DNA of 64,000 nucleotides from Haplodiscus bocki. Its lineage: Eukaryota. The notes below the pieces were generated by a model. That model did not search any database. It had not been told where the DNA came from and saw nothing but the letters and a program-made list of their open reading frames with translations. The stretch lies in NCBI GenBank assembly GCA_965655095.1, contig OZ296656.1, forward strand, positions 22,568,001-22,632,000. The letters are read 5' to 3'. The position numbers and the translations under genes were made by a program. The first letter of the stretch is position 1. Every line of letters begins with the position of its first letter. This document shows, piece by piece, positions 51,810-62,329 of this stretch.

Positions 51810-54675
51810 ATGAGTGCAACTGAGGAAGAGGTCGGGATAACATCCCCCTTTGGCGGGAGTGTCGCCACTGACGAGCAAGAGCTGGCAATTGACGAGGGTG
51901 TTCGTGAGAGCAATGCAGTCCCCACTTTGCAGTTTGTCCCCGATTTGGATGTGGTCGTCATGGAGGGAGAAAAATGCGTGAGTAGAGGGTTGGTGGAAGT
52001 CGAAGCAAGTGATAGTCGGACTGAAGAAGCCAGTGAAGGAGATAGTTTTCTGGACATCATGGGCGGTTTGGAAAAAGAGACGGGAGGTGAATCTGAAGGA
52101 TTCACGCTTGAAGACATTCTTCGACATGCAGATTTACTGTCAGAGACTGTACTGGAGGCTGTTGTCGATACTCTTGATTTGCCAATGTGTTAGTCCTCAT
52201 TCTTCATATTCCTTTAGCTTTTCTTTTGAGGAGTAATATGGTGGCCATCCATATTCTCCATAATCTAGTATTCAGCGCGCGACTCTTCATGAAGATGGCA
52301 CCATGGGGCTTTGTGTTTTAGTATTTGATTCTTCCGGAGAGCTTGTTAATGGCCCTGAGGAGACGGTGTGTGGTGTTCCGTGTAGTTCCAGAACCGAGTT
52401 TGTGATGGGGCGCTCTACATCCAAAGAGGAGGCTTTTGGCACTTCGACAGGTGCTCCCATGGAAATTCCGTCAAGTTTTAGCATCAGTGTGTTCTGTTTT
52501 GGCAAATTAGGGATCATCTGATTTCGTTTCCCTTTTCCAGGTGCAGCTAGTGATGGTCCTTGTTTCTCCAGGGCTGGTGATGTATCGACTGAAACTGAAG
52601 TGAGGCACAAGAGGAAACGAAGGCAAGCCGTCATCACACGCCGCCTTGTGCCTTTATCGGGTCAGGAGCCAAGCCCAGTTGAATTTGGAAGTCGGGAGCG
52701 GAGCAGAGAATTGTTGGAGCAGGCATTTGACGATGCTAATGGTGAATTCAAAATGAGGATACTTTAGGTGTGGTTCCTTGTGGGTTCCTCATTTCTTTGA
52801 ATTGTTTAGACCATATTCCCGTTGACCCTGCAATTGCTCCAATCAATGCCACCGGACATCAATTGGTGACACTGTGCCGCTCAATTTGTGCTGAAGAAAG
52901 AGCACAAATTTTGGATCGGCTCATGTGGAGTAAGTATATTACTACGTATTTCATGGCTTTCGTTGTCTTCCTCTTTTCACTTTATTTCCTGTTCACAGAA
53001 TTAGATGCCGATCTCCAGCATTTGGGACATGGTTCTGCACCCTTGAGTCCACATGCTGCTGACACAAGTGACAGCAGTGCAGACGAGTTAGAAGCAAGTC
53101 CTCCCCGTCGACGTGTGAGGTCAAAGTGCACATTCAAAATGAAGAAGGTGTGGGGAGCAGATGAAGTCGGTCGGTTCTTCGTCACTGGGGCTACAGATGC
53201 AACTGGCAAACCTAGCCACATCTACTGTCGCATTTGCCGCAAAGACGTTTCAGTTCTGACCCACGGCCCACATGAAGTCCTGAGACACTTCCAAGGTGTC
53301 AAGCATTTCGCCCGTGACCAGCGATTGATACGGGAGACACCTGGTTGGCGGGTACTGGACTTTGAAGGAAACCCCCTTAGTGAGAGTGAGCTGGAGCGTC
53401 GCAGGGAGTTCATTCTTCGAGGTCCTCTAGTCATTGGCGATCGGGAGCATCCCTTTGCTGAGGATCTGATTGTGGATGATTCTTGAGCTCCGAATGCCAA
53501 ATTATCAATCCTTGCTAAGGTGTCGTCGCTGGTTTAAGTGTTGCGATTGGGTGGGTCCTACGAGCTTGTCCATCAAATGTGGTCGCAATTTACATTGACT
53601 GCCAGCCGAGTGAACATAGACGTAACATGGTCTTGGGATGAGGTGTTGGTTGATATTTTCCGTTTTATCTGTCTGCGTATCCATGTCCACTGGCTTATTG
53701 ATGTTGTGTTTTAGTCGATCATTTTGAACGGGATGTACTCCTGTATCCTTTCTCGCGTGTTTGGTTGGTTGAAGGCGTATGGGCACTGCAGCATTGAATT
53801 TGAGGAGCGCGGATCAGAAATTTGGGTGCTGGTGCTGACATGGGAAAGGTTCACTTTTCGACGTGTTTGTGTGGCGGTGTTGAGCCGATTGAGCGCCAAT
53901 ACTACCCTGGAGGCTACAATCTTGGCAAAATTTCTTGATGCTACTGGTCCCGATACATCTGTTGTGTCTCTGCATGGGGGCCATTTGTGTTGGCAGAGGC
54001 TTCTGCAAGCTATCTGGGAAGTAGATACGGTGCGAAACTCGTGGAATACCCCCCATTTGATCTCCGGCTATTGAATCGTTGCCTCCAGCGAACTGCTGCA
54101 TCCTTGTTTGGGAGCCTAGACCCATTCTCCATGACAGAGTTCGTGGTCAATCGTCTGAAGGGTGCAGAGACTCGGGACTGGATGGCGTCTCGTCCTGCAT
54201 AGCCCAAAGCCATCATCACCAACGATCTCTCCATGCCTGGCCTTGTTGATGTGGTGGCAAACATTGTTGGGGTAAGGCCACTGGTGGCGTTGTACTTGAA
54301 GGAGTCTGGCCGCAAAGACGATGGAGATAGTCTTGTGGTAAGGTCTTCCGCTGTGGGTGTATTGTCTGCATAATGTAAATGTGCTCATCACTTATTTGCT
54401 GTTTTTAGAAAAAGGGGATGGACGGGTATCTGTACCACGATCAGCTTGCTCGCGTGAAGTTCCGGCTGTTCCATCTTCTTATGGAAACCTGTAAGTATGA
54501 TCATCACATCCCGAATATGATTCATGTTGGTACGTAGTGGATCCGGATCAGTTCCTTGAAAATTTCTAGGAACGCACTAGTACCGTTCCATGATGGTTCC
54601 ACGTTTTACTTTTGGGTGGAATTCTGCATCATAGCAACGCATGGGTGATGCTAGTGGTAAGAGTGTGAGCTGATC
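51810..54675 (+). pseudogene. antisense (relative to element) spliced cargo gene: acidic N-terminus, zinc finger, hAT-transposase-like core
   Basis: ATG 51810; YCRICRKDVSVLTHGPHEVLRHFQGVKH; candidate GT-AG introns 52768-52809, 52930-52998, 53649-53714 and 54338-54408; a few stops; truncated by the Polinton. Confidence 0.8.
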
Positions 54676-55260
54676 AGGGGGGGGGGGTAAAACCTCCATG
54701 TATTAAGATAGGTTATAGCGAGCCGAGAGGAGCCGAGAGCCGAGAAGGGTCTACCACCCGAGCCGAGAGCGTTTGGGTTTTTTTCGGCACTGTGATACTC
54801 AATTCTGATTGGCTGACGACAAGAAATTGCTTTTTGGGCTAATTTTGATTTTTTTCTAATTGTAATATGAAAGGGTTTAGTTTCGGCCGTGGGTTCGTCA
54901 AGGTATTAAGATAGGGTATAGATTCGGCAATGTATTAAGATAGAGTATAGGTTCGTCAATGTATTAAGATAGGTTCGTCAATGTATTAAGATAGGACGGC
55001 AATGTGGTAAGATGTTGTAATGTATAAAGAATGGTTCCCGCAGTGTATTAAGATATGGAATAGGGTATTTTAGGAACTCTGCGACAATTTTCGGCACTGT
55101 GAGATTTTTCGAGAAAAAAATCTCGAATTTTTTGCCCACATGCGCCCGCCCGGGATAATTATTCCGCCGCCGGATAATTATTAAGCCGCCAGATAATTTT
55201 GCCTCCGCCGGATATTTTCCCCCAAGTAGTATAGTATGAGCATAAGTAGGGGGGGGGGGG
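54676..55260. repeat. putative Polinton terminal region with short repeats
   Basis: G11 and G12 runs; about 6 copies of gtattaagata; agccgag x4; ggataattatt-type repeats; tttcggcactgtga twice. Confidence 0.65.
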
Positions 55261-55278
55261 AGACGAGGTCTCCTACGG

Positions 55279-55338
55279 GGATTCGAACCTGCGCGGATGG
55301 AGTGCCGGACACCATAACTTTTTGTTGCGATTGAGCTA
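55279..55338 (-). promoter_or_regulatory. RNA polymerase III type-2 promoter-like A box and B box
   Basis: Minus strand TAGCTCAATCG (55338-55328) then GGTTCGAATCC (55289-55279), in tRNA-like order and spacing; no cloverleaf. Confidence 0.45.
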
Positions 55339-55439
55339 TTTAAAAATATTGTGGTAAAGTTTTGAAAAGTTGTTTAAAATGTATAAAGTTGAACACATAC
55401 ATTGTATAAATGGCACATTTATAGTAAATTGGTAATCAA

Positions 55440-55835
55440 TTACACGAAATTACTTATAAAAGAGAGTACATTGATATCATGAACACCAGTTGTCTCCTCT
55501 TGTTGAAACTTGAACAAATGAAATGCTGCATAAATTGTGTAGAAACCGCATACACTGGGATGATCTTGTAGTCTTGTCCGAACCATTTCACTGTAATTCT
55601 GCTTTAGAAAAGGGTAATTGTTGATGGATAGACCAAGATAGTCGGCAAAATACTTTTCATGATGAAACTTTGCAATCATTATTCAATGCTCTCCTGGCGT
55701 GTTGCTAGGCTGTGTTAATAATCGGAAACGTGTCATTCCGGAGGTTTGGAACAAAGTCTGAGGGAATGATCCCATTTACTGATACTTGAACAAAGGTATA
55801 CAGTTAACGATTTGTTTGAGGGAAGTGTTGTCCAT
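55440..55835 (-). pseudogene. adenain-like cysteine protease
   Basis: SNTPGEH*IMIA (H-W motif with W changed to TGA), YFADYLG and LQDHPSVCGFY. Confidence 0.88.
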
Positions 55836-57175
55836 CTCGAAGATTCTCTCCCACAACAACAAACTTGTCGACTGCAGCACAAGACATACGTTCACCCAAT
55901 ACAATAACTTCTGTAACATTTTCAAGAGGCGAACTAAAGTATAGCTTCAATCTCAATGGTTCTCCAATTAATTCCGGATAGTGACAGTGTTCAGTAGCAT
56001 CTTGCATTGAAGTCAGATCAAACACTAGTACGTAATGGTCTTTGAAATTATCAACTGGAATTGATGGAAGATCATCTTGGAAGTTCATCGCTGTCATTGT
56101 TGTGAGATACAAGCGACAATTATCTGCCGTATCGTGGTATACAAATGGATGTCCTCCTCTGAGTTTTCTAATATCTCTCAGATTAAACTCTTGATACCAG
56201 AATGGGTTCTCAGCAAAGGAACCAGTAAAGAAAGAGTTTGAATTCATTGCAATGGCTATTCGACGTATAGTGCGTTGTTGAATATTTTTTCTTGAATGAA
56301 TTGGTTCTGTCGTGCAGGAATGATAAAAGTCTTTGCCAACGTCTCCATGTAGTTGTATTCAACTGGAGCATGAGCTAGTTGAGACATTCTTTCTTTGTGA
56401 TAGTCTTCTTTGAGCATCACGCGCCGAGTGTACAGAGAACAGTCCACAATACCCAAGCTAACATTTGGATTCTCGCTAATCATGTAGAAATTTGGTCGCG
56501 CTCGAATTAGGCTGATTCGAATTTTCATATTTGGATAAAGTTATTCCGAAGTTGTAAAAAAATCGATGGCCAGCTTACCGTACATGAAACCGTCAGGTCT
56601 ACTGTACAATTTCATTCATCTAGTGAGAAATGGTCCTTCTAGGAAATTCTCTGGATCTTCTTCATAGTCATACCCTTCACAATGCAAGACTCCCTTGTAA
56701 TCTGACAAGGTACTTTTGAAACGGTTAGATTTGTGAGATTTGTGAGCATAAAGTCCATTCGAATTGTAGATTTGGTGATAGTTAATGTACAATTCTGCAT
56801 TAGAAAAAATGGAATGCAGAATATTGTTCACATGGGTAATGTGAGGCACTCCCTCGTCCTCTTCTATAAATCTAACGTCATCGTCAACTTTTTCAGTAAA
56901 AACAGTGCCTTCTTTCTACTCCTTTTTCTTTTCTGTTGTTTTGTAATTATCAAAACCACGTCCTTTAAATTTTAGAGCAAGATATGTTTGTCGCAAATCC
57001 ACGTAAACGTTGCGCTCTGTTTGAAATTCAAACTCAATACTGTTTTCATCAAAAAATGTAGTGGGATAAATTTGTTTTTCGTGAGAAGACAACACATTGT
57101 CCACAACTGGGACTTTCATACCAGGATTCCCAGAAACTGCAACAAAAGGTTGATACCGAAAATTAATTAGATCTG
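55804..57175 (-). pseudogene. double-jelly-roll major capsid protein
   Basis: SIEFEF..VDLRQTYLALK, NNILHSIFS, FTGSFAENPFWYQ, VFDLTS and LRLKLYFSSPL across four ORF fragments. Confidence 0.9.
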
Positions 57176-57181
57176 TGATTA

Positions 57182-57534
57182 TTAATTTGCAATTTCAGTA
57201 AAAGTGTCTCCGCGTGAGCAACTGCTTCGCTTCAATTTTTTGACTGGAATGCTTGTCGTTTGATTGCCACCTCCAAGTTGTTTTCTCAATGTCTGTCTTC
57301 CTATGCTTTTGGCAGCAGTTTTGAAATTTTTTTTCCGCTGATAACATGAGCTACCTCTGGCACTGCAAACTCCAACAAATCAGCACACATGCGTTTTGAA
57401 GCTGGGACGATATATTTTCTCAAGAAAGGAATGGCGGTTCCCCCAATGACTTGCGCAAGAGCCCCAAAACTACGTCCTCTTTGACGTCCAATACTTTTGT
57501 AGTAAGGAAGTTAAAGAGTGTTTGATGCAACCAT
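57182..57534 (-). pseudogene. small basic Gly-rich core-like protein
   Basis: Manual translation MVASNTL*LPYYKSIGRQRGRSFGALAQVIGGTAIPFLRKYIVP...LRKQLGGG; lies between mCP and MCP; absent from the ORF track. Confidence 0.65.
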
Positions 57535-57548
57535 TGTACACACTAATT

Positions 57549-58354
57549 TTAATACAAATGAATGTCAGAAACTTTTCTAAACATGAGAACAAGTTGTGTT
57601 ATTCCCACCAAGACAAAGGGAATCTTTTCACCAGACGTGTCTCGCAAATCAGTGTGTATGCCGTGAAAAGAGTTTTTCACAATCGTCTAAACTGAACATT
57701 GCTAAAAGTCTGATAGTTCACGTTTTGTCCAGTAGTTATTATGTCACCAGATTTGAGCTTGGATATGAATAGAAAGCAACGGAGCAAAGGCTCCTTTTTG
57801 TCTCCAACAATATTATACTCTACATTGTCAGTATACATCATGAGTGAACGGATGCGAACAATAACGTAAGCGAAAGTTGGTTCTTGCGGTCCTTTCCCAC
57901 ACAGGAGTATTCCCAAACAATTACCCATGTCTGCTCCAAACATAGGTTCCAGGTCAGTACTAAGAACCGCTAGACTCGAATCTTTATTCGCCAGATACAC
58001 CTCTACTTTTTGCGTTACCCTGCTATCTTTGATTGTAATGCAAGTGTCTCTGTGGTTGTTTCGTTCTTGTATGAGAGTTTTCATAGCTTCCACAATGTCA
58101 GTTATGGAGGAATACAGACCGGTTTCAAGGTAGTAAGCCTCTGTTGTTTTGGAGAGTTTCTCATCGTAAAAGACGAATTTCCCCTCTGTAATGTTTTGGT
58201 ACATTGATGGAAAACAAATCTCGGAAATTGCTACCTCCCATTGTCCGTCCAAATTCACTTGCTCCGGCAAGAAATTTTTAAATGAACTGAGTGTTTTGTT
58301 TGGAAAGGGCTGTGATGATGCGTTGAAAACCAACTCGATTGTAAATAAATCCAT
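57549..58354 (-). pseudogene. minor capsid (penton-like) protein
   Basis: FTIELVFNAS..FPNKTLSSFKNFLPEQVNLDGQWEVAISEI and MYTDNVEYNIVGDKKEPLLR. Confidence 0.88.
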
Positions 58355-58356
58355 AC

Positions 58357-59270
58357 TCAAATGACTCTAATTAGTTCCTTCTCGTAGGATTTCCCGCGTA
58401 TAACTTCTTCTTTTTCGTCTTTGATATTATATGTTGGAGGCTTTTTGGTAGCAATGGCAACAATTTCGAAAATTTCTTGTGTAAATTGTGGTTTTTAACA
58501 TTTCCTAAACGGTAAATCATACTTGGAAATGCGAACTCTGTTTCCAATTCCAAATTTGGGCTTCTTGTATTCTCTGAGTGGTTTACTGTAAAGTATGGAC
58601 ATAAAGTCAGAGTTCTTGAAGTGGTTGGGTTTCATGTCTCTGCTACGAATGTTTCTAGAATTCATTGTTGCAAGAAATTGAGGTAACTAATGATTATACT
58701 TGTATCCATAATCCTCCATGTTGCGATAGAAAATGTTTTTGAGTGAGCGTATTGTACGTTCTGCGAATGCTGATTTCGTCTCACTCATTGTAGAGTAAAT
58801 TTCTATTTCTTCAGCGCTGCAAAATTTCTTGAATTCTCCCGCAGATTCTGTCCCCTGATCTAGCCAATTGTTTTGGTCTCTTCTTTTTGGTAATCATTTT
58901 TGAAAATGTCGTGACAGTTTCCTTCCTGTCTTTTGTCTTCATTCCCTCTGCATCTACGGTTCTGTCAAACAAGTCTTGGCGAACTAGTAAATACTTTACA
59001 CCATTATTGTCTTTTGACAATTTATCCACATATGCTAGATCCAGACACCAAATTTCATTTTTGAATCTCGCAAAGGCTCTCATTCTTTTGAATTTACGTG
59101 TTGCTTGTGTGAACCTAGTATATGAAGTCTTTGACTGTAAAAACTCTCTGACCTTTGACGGAGAGAGTTTCGCTGCTATTGCCAATTTGCGCACAGAACT
59201 ATATGCTGCAAATCCTTGCGTGTAAAGTCTCTGCAACTTTTAACGTTCAGATTTTGAAAGGGATCCAAGC
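58357..59270 (-). pseudogene. Polinton retroviral-like (rve) integrase
   Basis: VREFLQSKTSYT, IWCLDL, DQGTE, AERTIRSLK, FGIGNRVRISK and YEKELIRVI*; frameshifted. Confidence 0.92.
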
Positions 59271-59657
59271 TCCTCGTTCTTTACCCAGGCATGACTGTTG
59301 ACAACAATGACGGGAGTGATGCTAGCCGCGTCAAGTAAGGTAAAGTAAATATCGGGTACGGGTACGTTTTTTGCGCTTCAAACGCTGTGCAAAGTCCTTC
59401 AACAGCACACCAGTCTCTATTCCATCCAGAATCAAAGTGTTGGAATTTGATAGCTTGATGCGAGGAGTTTCTAAAATTTTGTTTACTGGAGGGGAAGCAC
59501 TGGTATTTAGCTGTTGGCTAATTTCCTTTTTTAACGTACCTTTGTGGTACATGGGAAATTGCTCAAGTTTGTATTGGGGTAGTTCTTTTTTTGTTATAAT
59601 GATTGGGTTGTTGCTGCTGTTGTAGACAGAAAGAGGTATTAGAACAAACTGATCCAT
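59250..59657 (-). pseudogene. uncharacterised Polinton-type protein (MDQFVLIP...GAWIPFKI*)
   Basis: ORF 59331-59681 plus a frameshifted tail; tightly packed between neighbouring genes. Confidence 0.55.
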
Positions 59658-59659
59658 CT

Positions 59660-59961
59660 CAAGACAAATGATTAATGACAAATGGGGAAATTGTTTTTAT
59701 GAGCAATAATCGTTTTTGCGACGGAAGTGGACTTCTTCGTTGCTTCCAAGTTGTTCATTTTAAAGACAGTTCGTGAATTTCGTCTCTGTACTTTAGGACG
59801 TGACTTTTTTTTACTTCTGACAAATTTCCTTGCAGCATGTTGACGATGTATTCGCTGAGAAATCGGATAAATTCTTTCGGACAAGTTTTTACAAACTGAA
59901 TTTTGCATGCGAGTGAAATGTGCTGGAAGGCTTGGAGAGTAGAGAGATTTAGTGTCTTCAT
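59660..59961 (-). pseudogene. small Polinton-type protein (E..VN.LQGNL motif)
   Basis: FIRFLSEYIVNMLQGNL...LKYRDEIHELSLK; overlaps the ATPase tail in another frame. Confidence 0.55.
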
Positions 59962-60616
59962 CGTCCAAATAATTCAAATGCTTCAAGTTGTCGGGTACAT
60001 AAAATTTTTATGGAATTTTTCCGCTCGTTGTGCAGTAGCGTAAACGATCGTCTGTTCGCGGAGACAAACCAATCAGCAAATGACCAAAAGGTACAGATGT
60101 TGCATCCCGATACCAGTCAACGAGAGCTGATCCAAGTCCCAATTGTACACTTAATGTAGCAACTTGATGCACATCTCGAGGTGACTTGAAAAGAACAATG
60201 TGTGTGTTTTGCAGCTCAACATCCCTTCCTAGCTTACTTTGTTTGAATAAGTTGTGTTTAATGTATATAGTACTGAATCCGCGATATCTGCCAGCGGTAG
60301 CAATGTCCAAAATTTCCTCGGAGATGCAAATTTCTGCACATGAGTCATCAAAAATGAGCAGATACTTGGTACCGTTATTTTTCAAAGAATTGATAAATTC
60401 AAAGTGTACACCTTGAACAAACTCAAGACTATCAATTTCTTTTTGCATAACATCATAGAGTGGTTGAGGGTGTTGATAGAAAAAATAGATTTTGTCAAAC
60501 TTGGGTTGAAATGTTCCAACTTTCAACCACTCATGTATCAAGTACGTTTTGCCAGAATCGCTGGGTCCAACGAAAGTTGTAAAAGTGCGGTTTTTTGTAG
60601 AAAATAACTTGTTCAT
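59900..60616 (-). pseudogene. A32/FtsK-type genome-packaging ATPase
   Basis: Walker A VGPSDSGKT, Walker B LLIFDD, GRYRGFSTIYIKHNLF and HIVLFKSPRD; frameshift near 60010. Confidence 0.93.
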
Positions 60617-60873
60617 AACTTTGGTGAAGTCAAAATATATTCTGCTGCACTGCACAAGATTCCTACCCAAACTGTAGATTCGTCACAAGTCTTGCCCAAA
60701 TGTATACGCCAAAAGCAACCGCAAATAATCAAAAGTATTACATCAAATTGTGACAAAAAATCAATTGAAGACCTAAAACAGGTTTGTCCTAAACAATACC
60801 ACAATCTCCTTTCAACGTTTTGGTCGTCAAAGACAAAGTTATCCAAATTGATATTATCAGTGTGATCAGGCAT
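60613..60873 (-). CDS. small hypothetical Polinton protein
   Basis: 86-aa ORF whose TGA overlaps the ATPase ATG (ATGA). Confidence 0.5.
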   Translation of the reverse strand: MPDHTDNINLDNFVFDDQNVERRLWYCLGQTCFRSSIDFLSQFDVILLIICGCFWRIHLGKTCDESTVWVGILCSAAEYILTSPKL

Positions 60874-60982
60874 CTAGTTTTGGACGCTCAAAATTCTTAG
60901 AATGAATGCTATAGAAAAAATAATTTCGAGTTGAAAGAATTAAATTAGTAGTAAACACAAATACAATACACACGTTCGGAAG

Positions 60983-61440
60983 TTACATTTCTAAAGGTTG
61001 CATAGCCCAGTCTTCATACACTTTTGTTTTCCTCTCGGCACAGTGAAGCCTTGTTTTGTGTCGCAAAGGGTAATTAGAGCAGATCCACGAACTGTTCGAT
61101 TTTTCTTCTCAGATCTTGAATTTTTGGGCAACCATATTCATCCAACTTCTCTACCTTTTGTCCGACAAGTCTCGTTGACAGTCTACACTTTTCGAACCCT
61201 TTAGCAAACAGTTCTGCATTCATCAATTTTATGTTGTAAAAGACAGCAAACAGCTTCTCATATTCCAGCTTTCCACTACTCCACGCAATTCCATGTAGAT
61301 GACTTGTGTTCCATGCTGTCCGTTTATTAGTTCTGAAAGTCTTAAAAGTCTCTTAGTTTTAAAAGTGGACAAAATGAAAATCCTTGTAGAGAACCATCAA
61401 TAAAAAGTCCCAGATCTTTAATTATGTTTTTCTCAGTTAG
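60983..61440 (-). pseudogene. DnaQ/DEDD-exonuclease-like Polinton protein
   Basis: IIKDLGLF..FSFCP, WNTSHLHGIAWSSGKLEY, FAKG.EKC, YGCPKIQDL and HCAERK; N-terminal DxE not present. Confidence 0.55.
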
Positions 61441-61837
61441 TCGATTAAATTGAAAATGGAGGGTAAAAAGATTTTTACGTAAAGACAAAATAATAGTCCA
61501 GTCACGTGACCAAGCAAACAACAGTTGGACCTCGACCAATCTTGTAGCAGTAGCCGGGTCCTTTACGGGTTTGTAATCGAACTGCTCCAGCAGCATTGTG
61601 TAATATTGCATGCAGTCTGAAAACTTTGGTGTAGCGAAATACAGAGTCCAAGTACGAGACTCCATAACCAATGAGTCCACCAAATTCAAATTTTTGGTCC
61701 ATCTCACGTAGAGAAAGTCTAGAATCTCAACAGAAACATGCATTTAGAAATAGGTTTTTGCGAACACTGTTGTGTTCAAATGATATTTTAAATCCCGGGT
61801 ACAATCGGAAAATGCTCATGGGGAAAAGAACATCCAT
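61437..61837 (-). pseudogene. phospholipase A2-like protein
   Basis: GGLIGYGVSYLDSVF...RLHAILHNAAG resembles a GxG loop plus an HD dyad (here HN); followed by GPGYCY and a hydrophobic tail. Confidence 0.4.
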
Positions 61838-61854
61838 TCTTGATGAAATTTACT

Positions 61855-62037
61855 TTAATTATGAACAGTTGTTTCATCCAATACAATGCACTGCTTAAAG
61901 AATACCTCAATGCAACTCAAAAGATATACTCGTTCAGATAAGAGTTTTTCGTATTCAGTCATTTTCAGCTCCATTTCAGTGTCTTTGACGTATGTTTTGT
62001 TTCGGTAGCGGTAAACTACATTATTCAACTTGTCCAT
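61855..62037 (-). CDS. small hypothetical Polinton protein fragment
   Basis: MDKLNNVVYRYRNKTYVKDTEMELKMTEYEKLL; co-oriented in the gene array. Confidence 0.35.
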   Translation of the reverse strand: MDKLNNVVYRYRNKTYVKDTEMELKMTEYEKLLSERVYLLSCIEVFFKQCIVLDETTVHN

Positions 62038-62329
62038 ATCAGTCTTGAAACCTATGCGTACTTTTCTCCTACCATTGTATATTGTCCATTTTACATAAGA
62101 AATTTATTTCTTGGAACCCACTTTTTCAATTTAAGACAACTGTTGCATTTTAACTAAGGTTAGGGTATTTTTTTCGAGGGAAGTTTTGGGTTTTGTTAGT
62201 ACAACATGATAAAGTCCAAATTTTGATTTCAATTTGAGACATAGGTTTCTGTTCTCTCCAATGTTCCAAATCATTCTGACTCCAACGGAAAGAAAAAGAT
62301 AGTAAAGAGTAAAAAGTTGCAATTACTTG

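Larger units (their letters stand above)
49350..54675 (-). mobile_element. Ty3/Gypsy copy B: 3' part (cargo cassette, PPT, 3' LTR), best-preserved cargo
   Basis: Reverse complement is collinear with ~24990-28620 and then 16770-17550; cut at ~54675 by the Polinton. Confidence 0.88.

Noticed and set aside
51810-54675. Independent host gene or free-standing hAT transposon
   Set aside because: Same position and orientation relative to the PPT/LTR in three diverged Gypsy copies; no TIRs seen.
49350-54675. Tandem head-to-tail Gypsy array or a 5-kb LTR
   Set aside because: The PPT|TGTCGC junction fixes the LTR start, and the gag start seen after it is explained by gag beginning inside the LTR.
55260-55345. 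tRNA gene
   Set aside because: A and B boxes are present but acceptor, anticodon and T stems do not pair; kept only as a Pol III promoter candidate.
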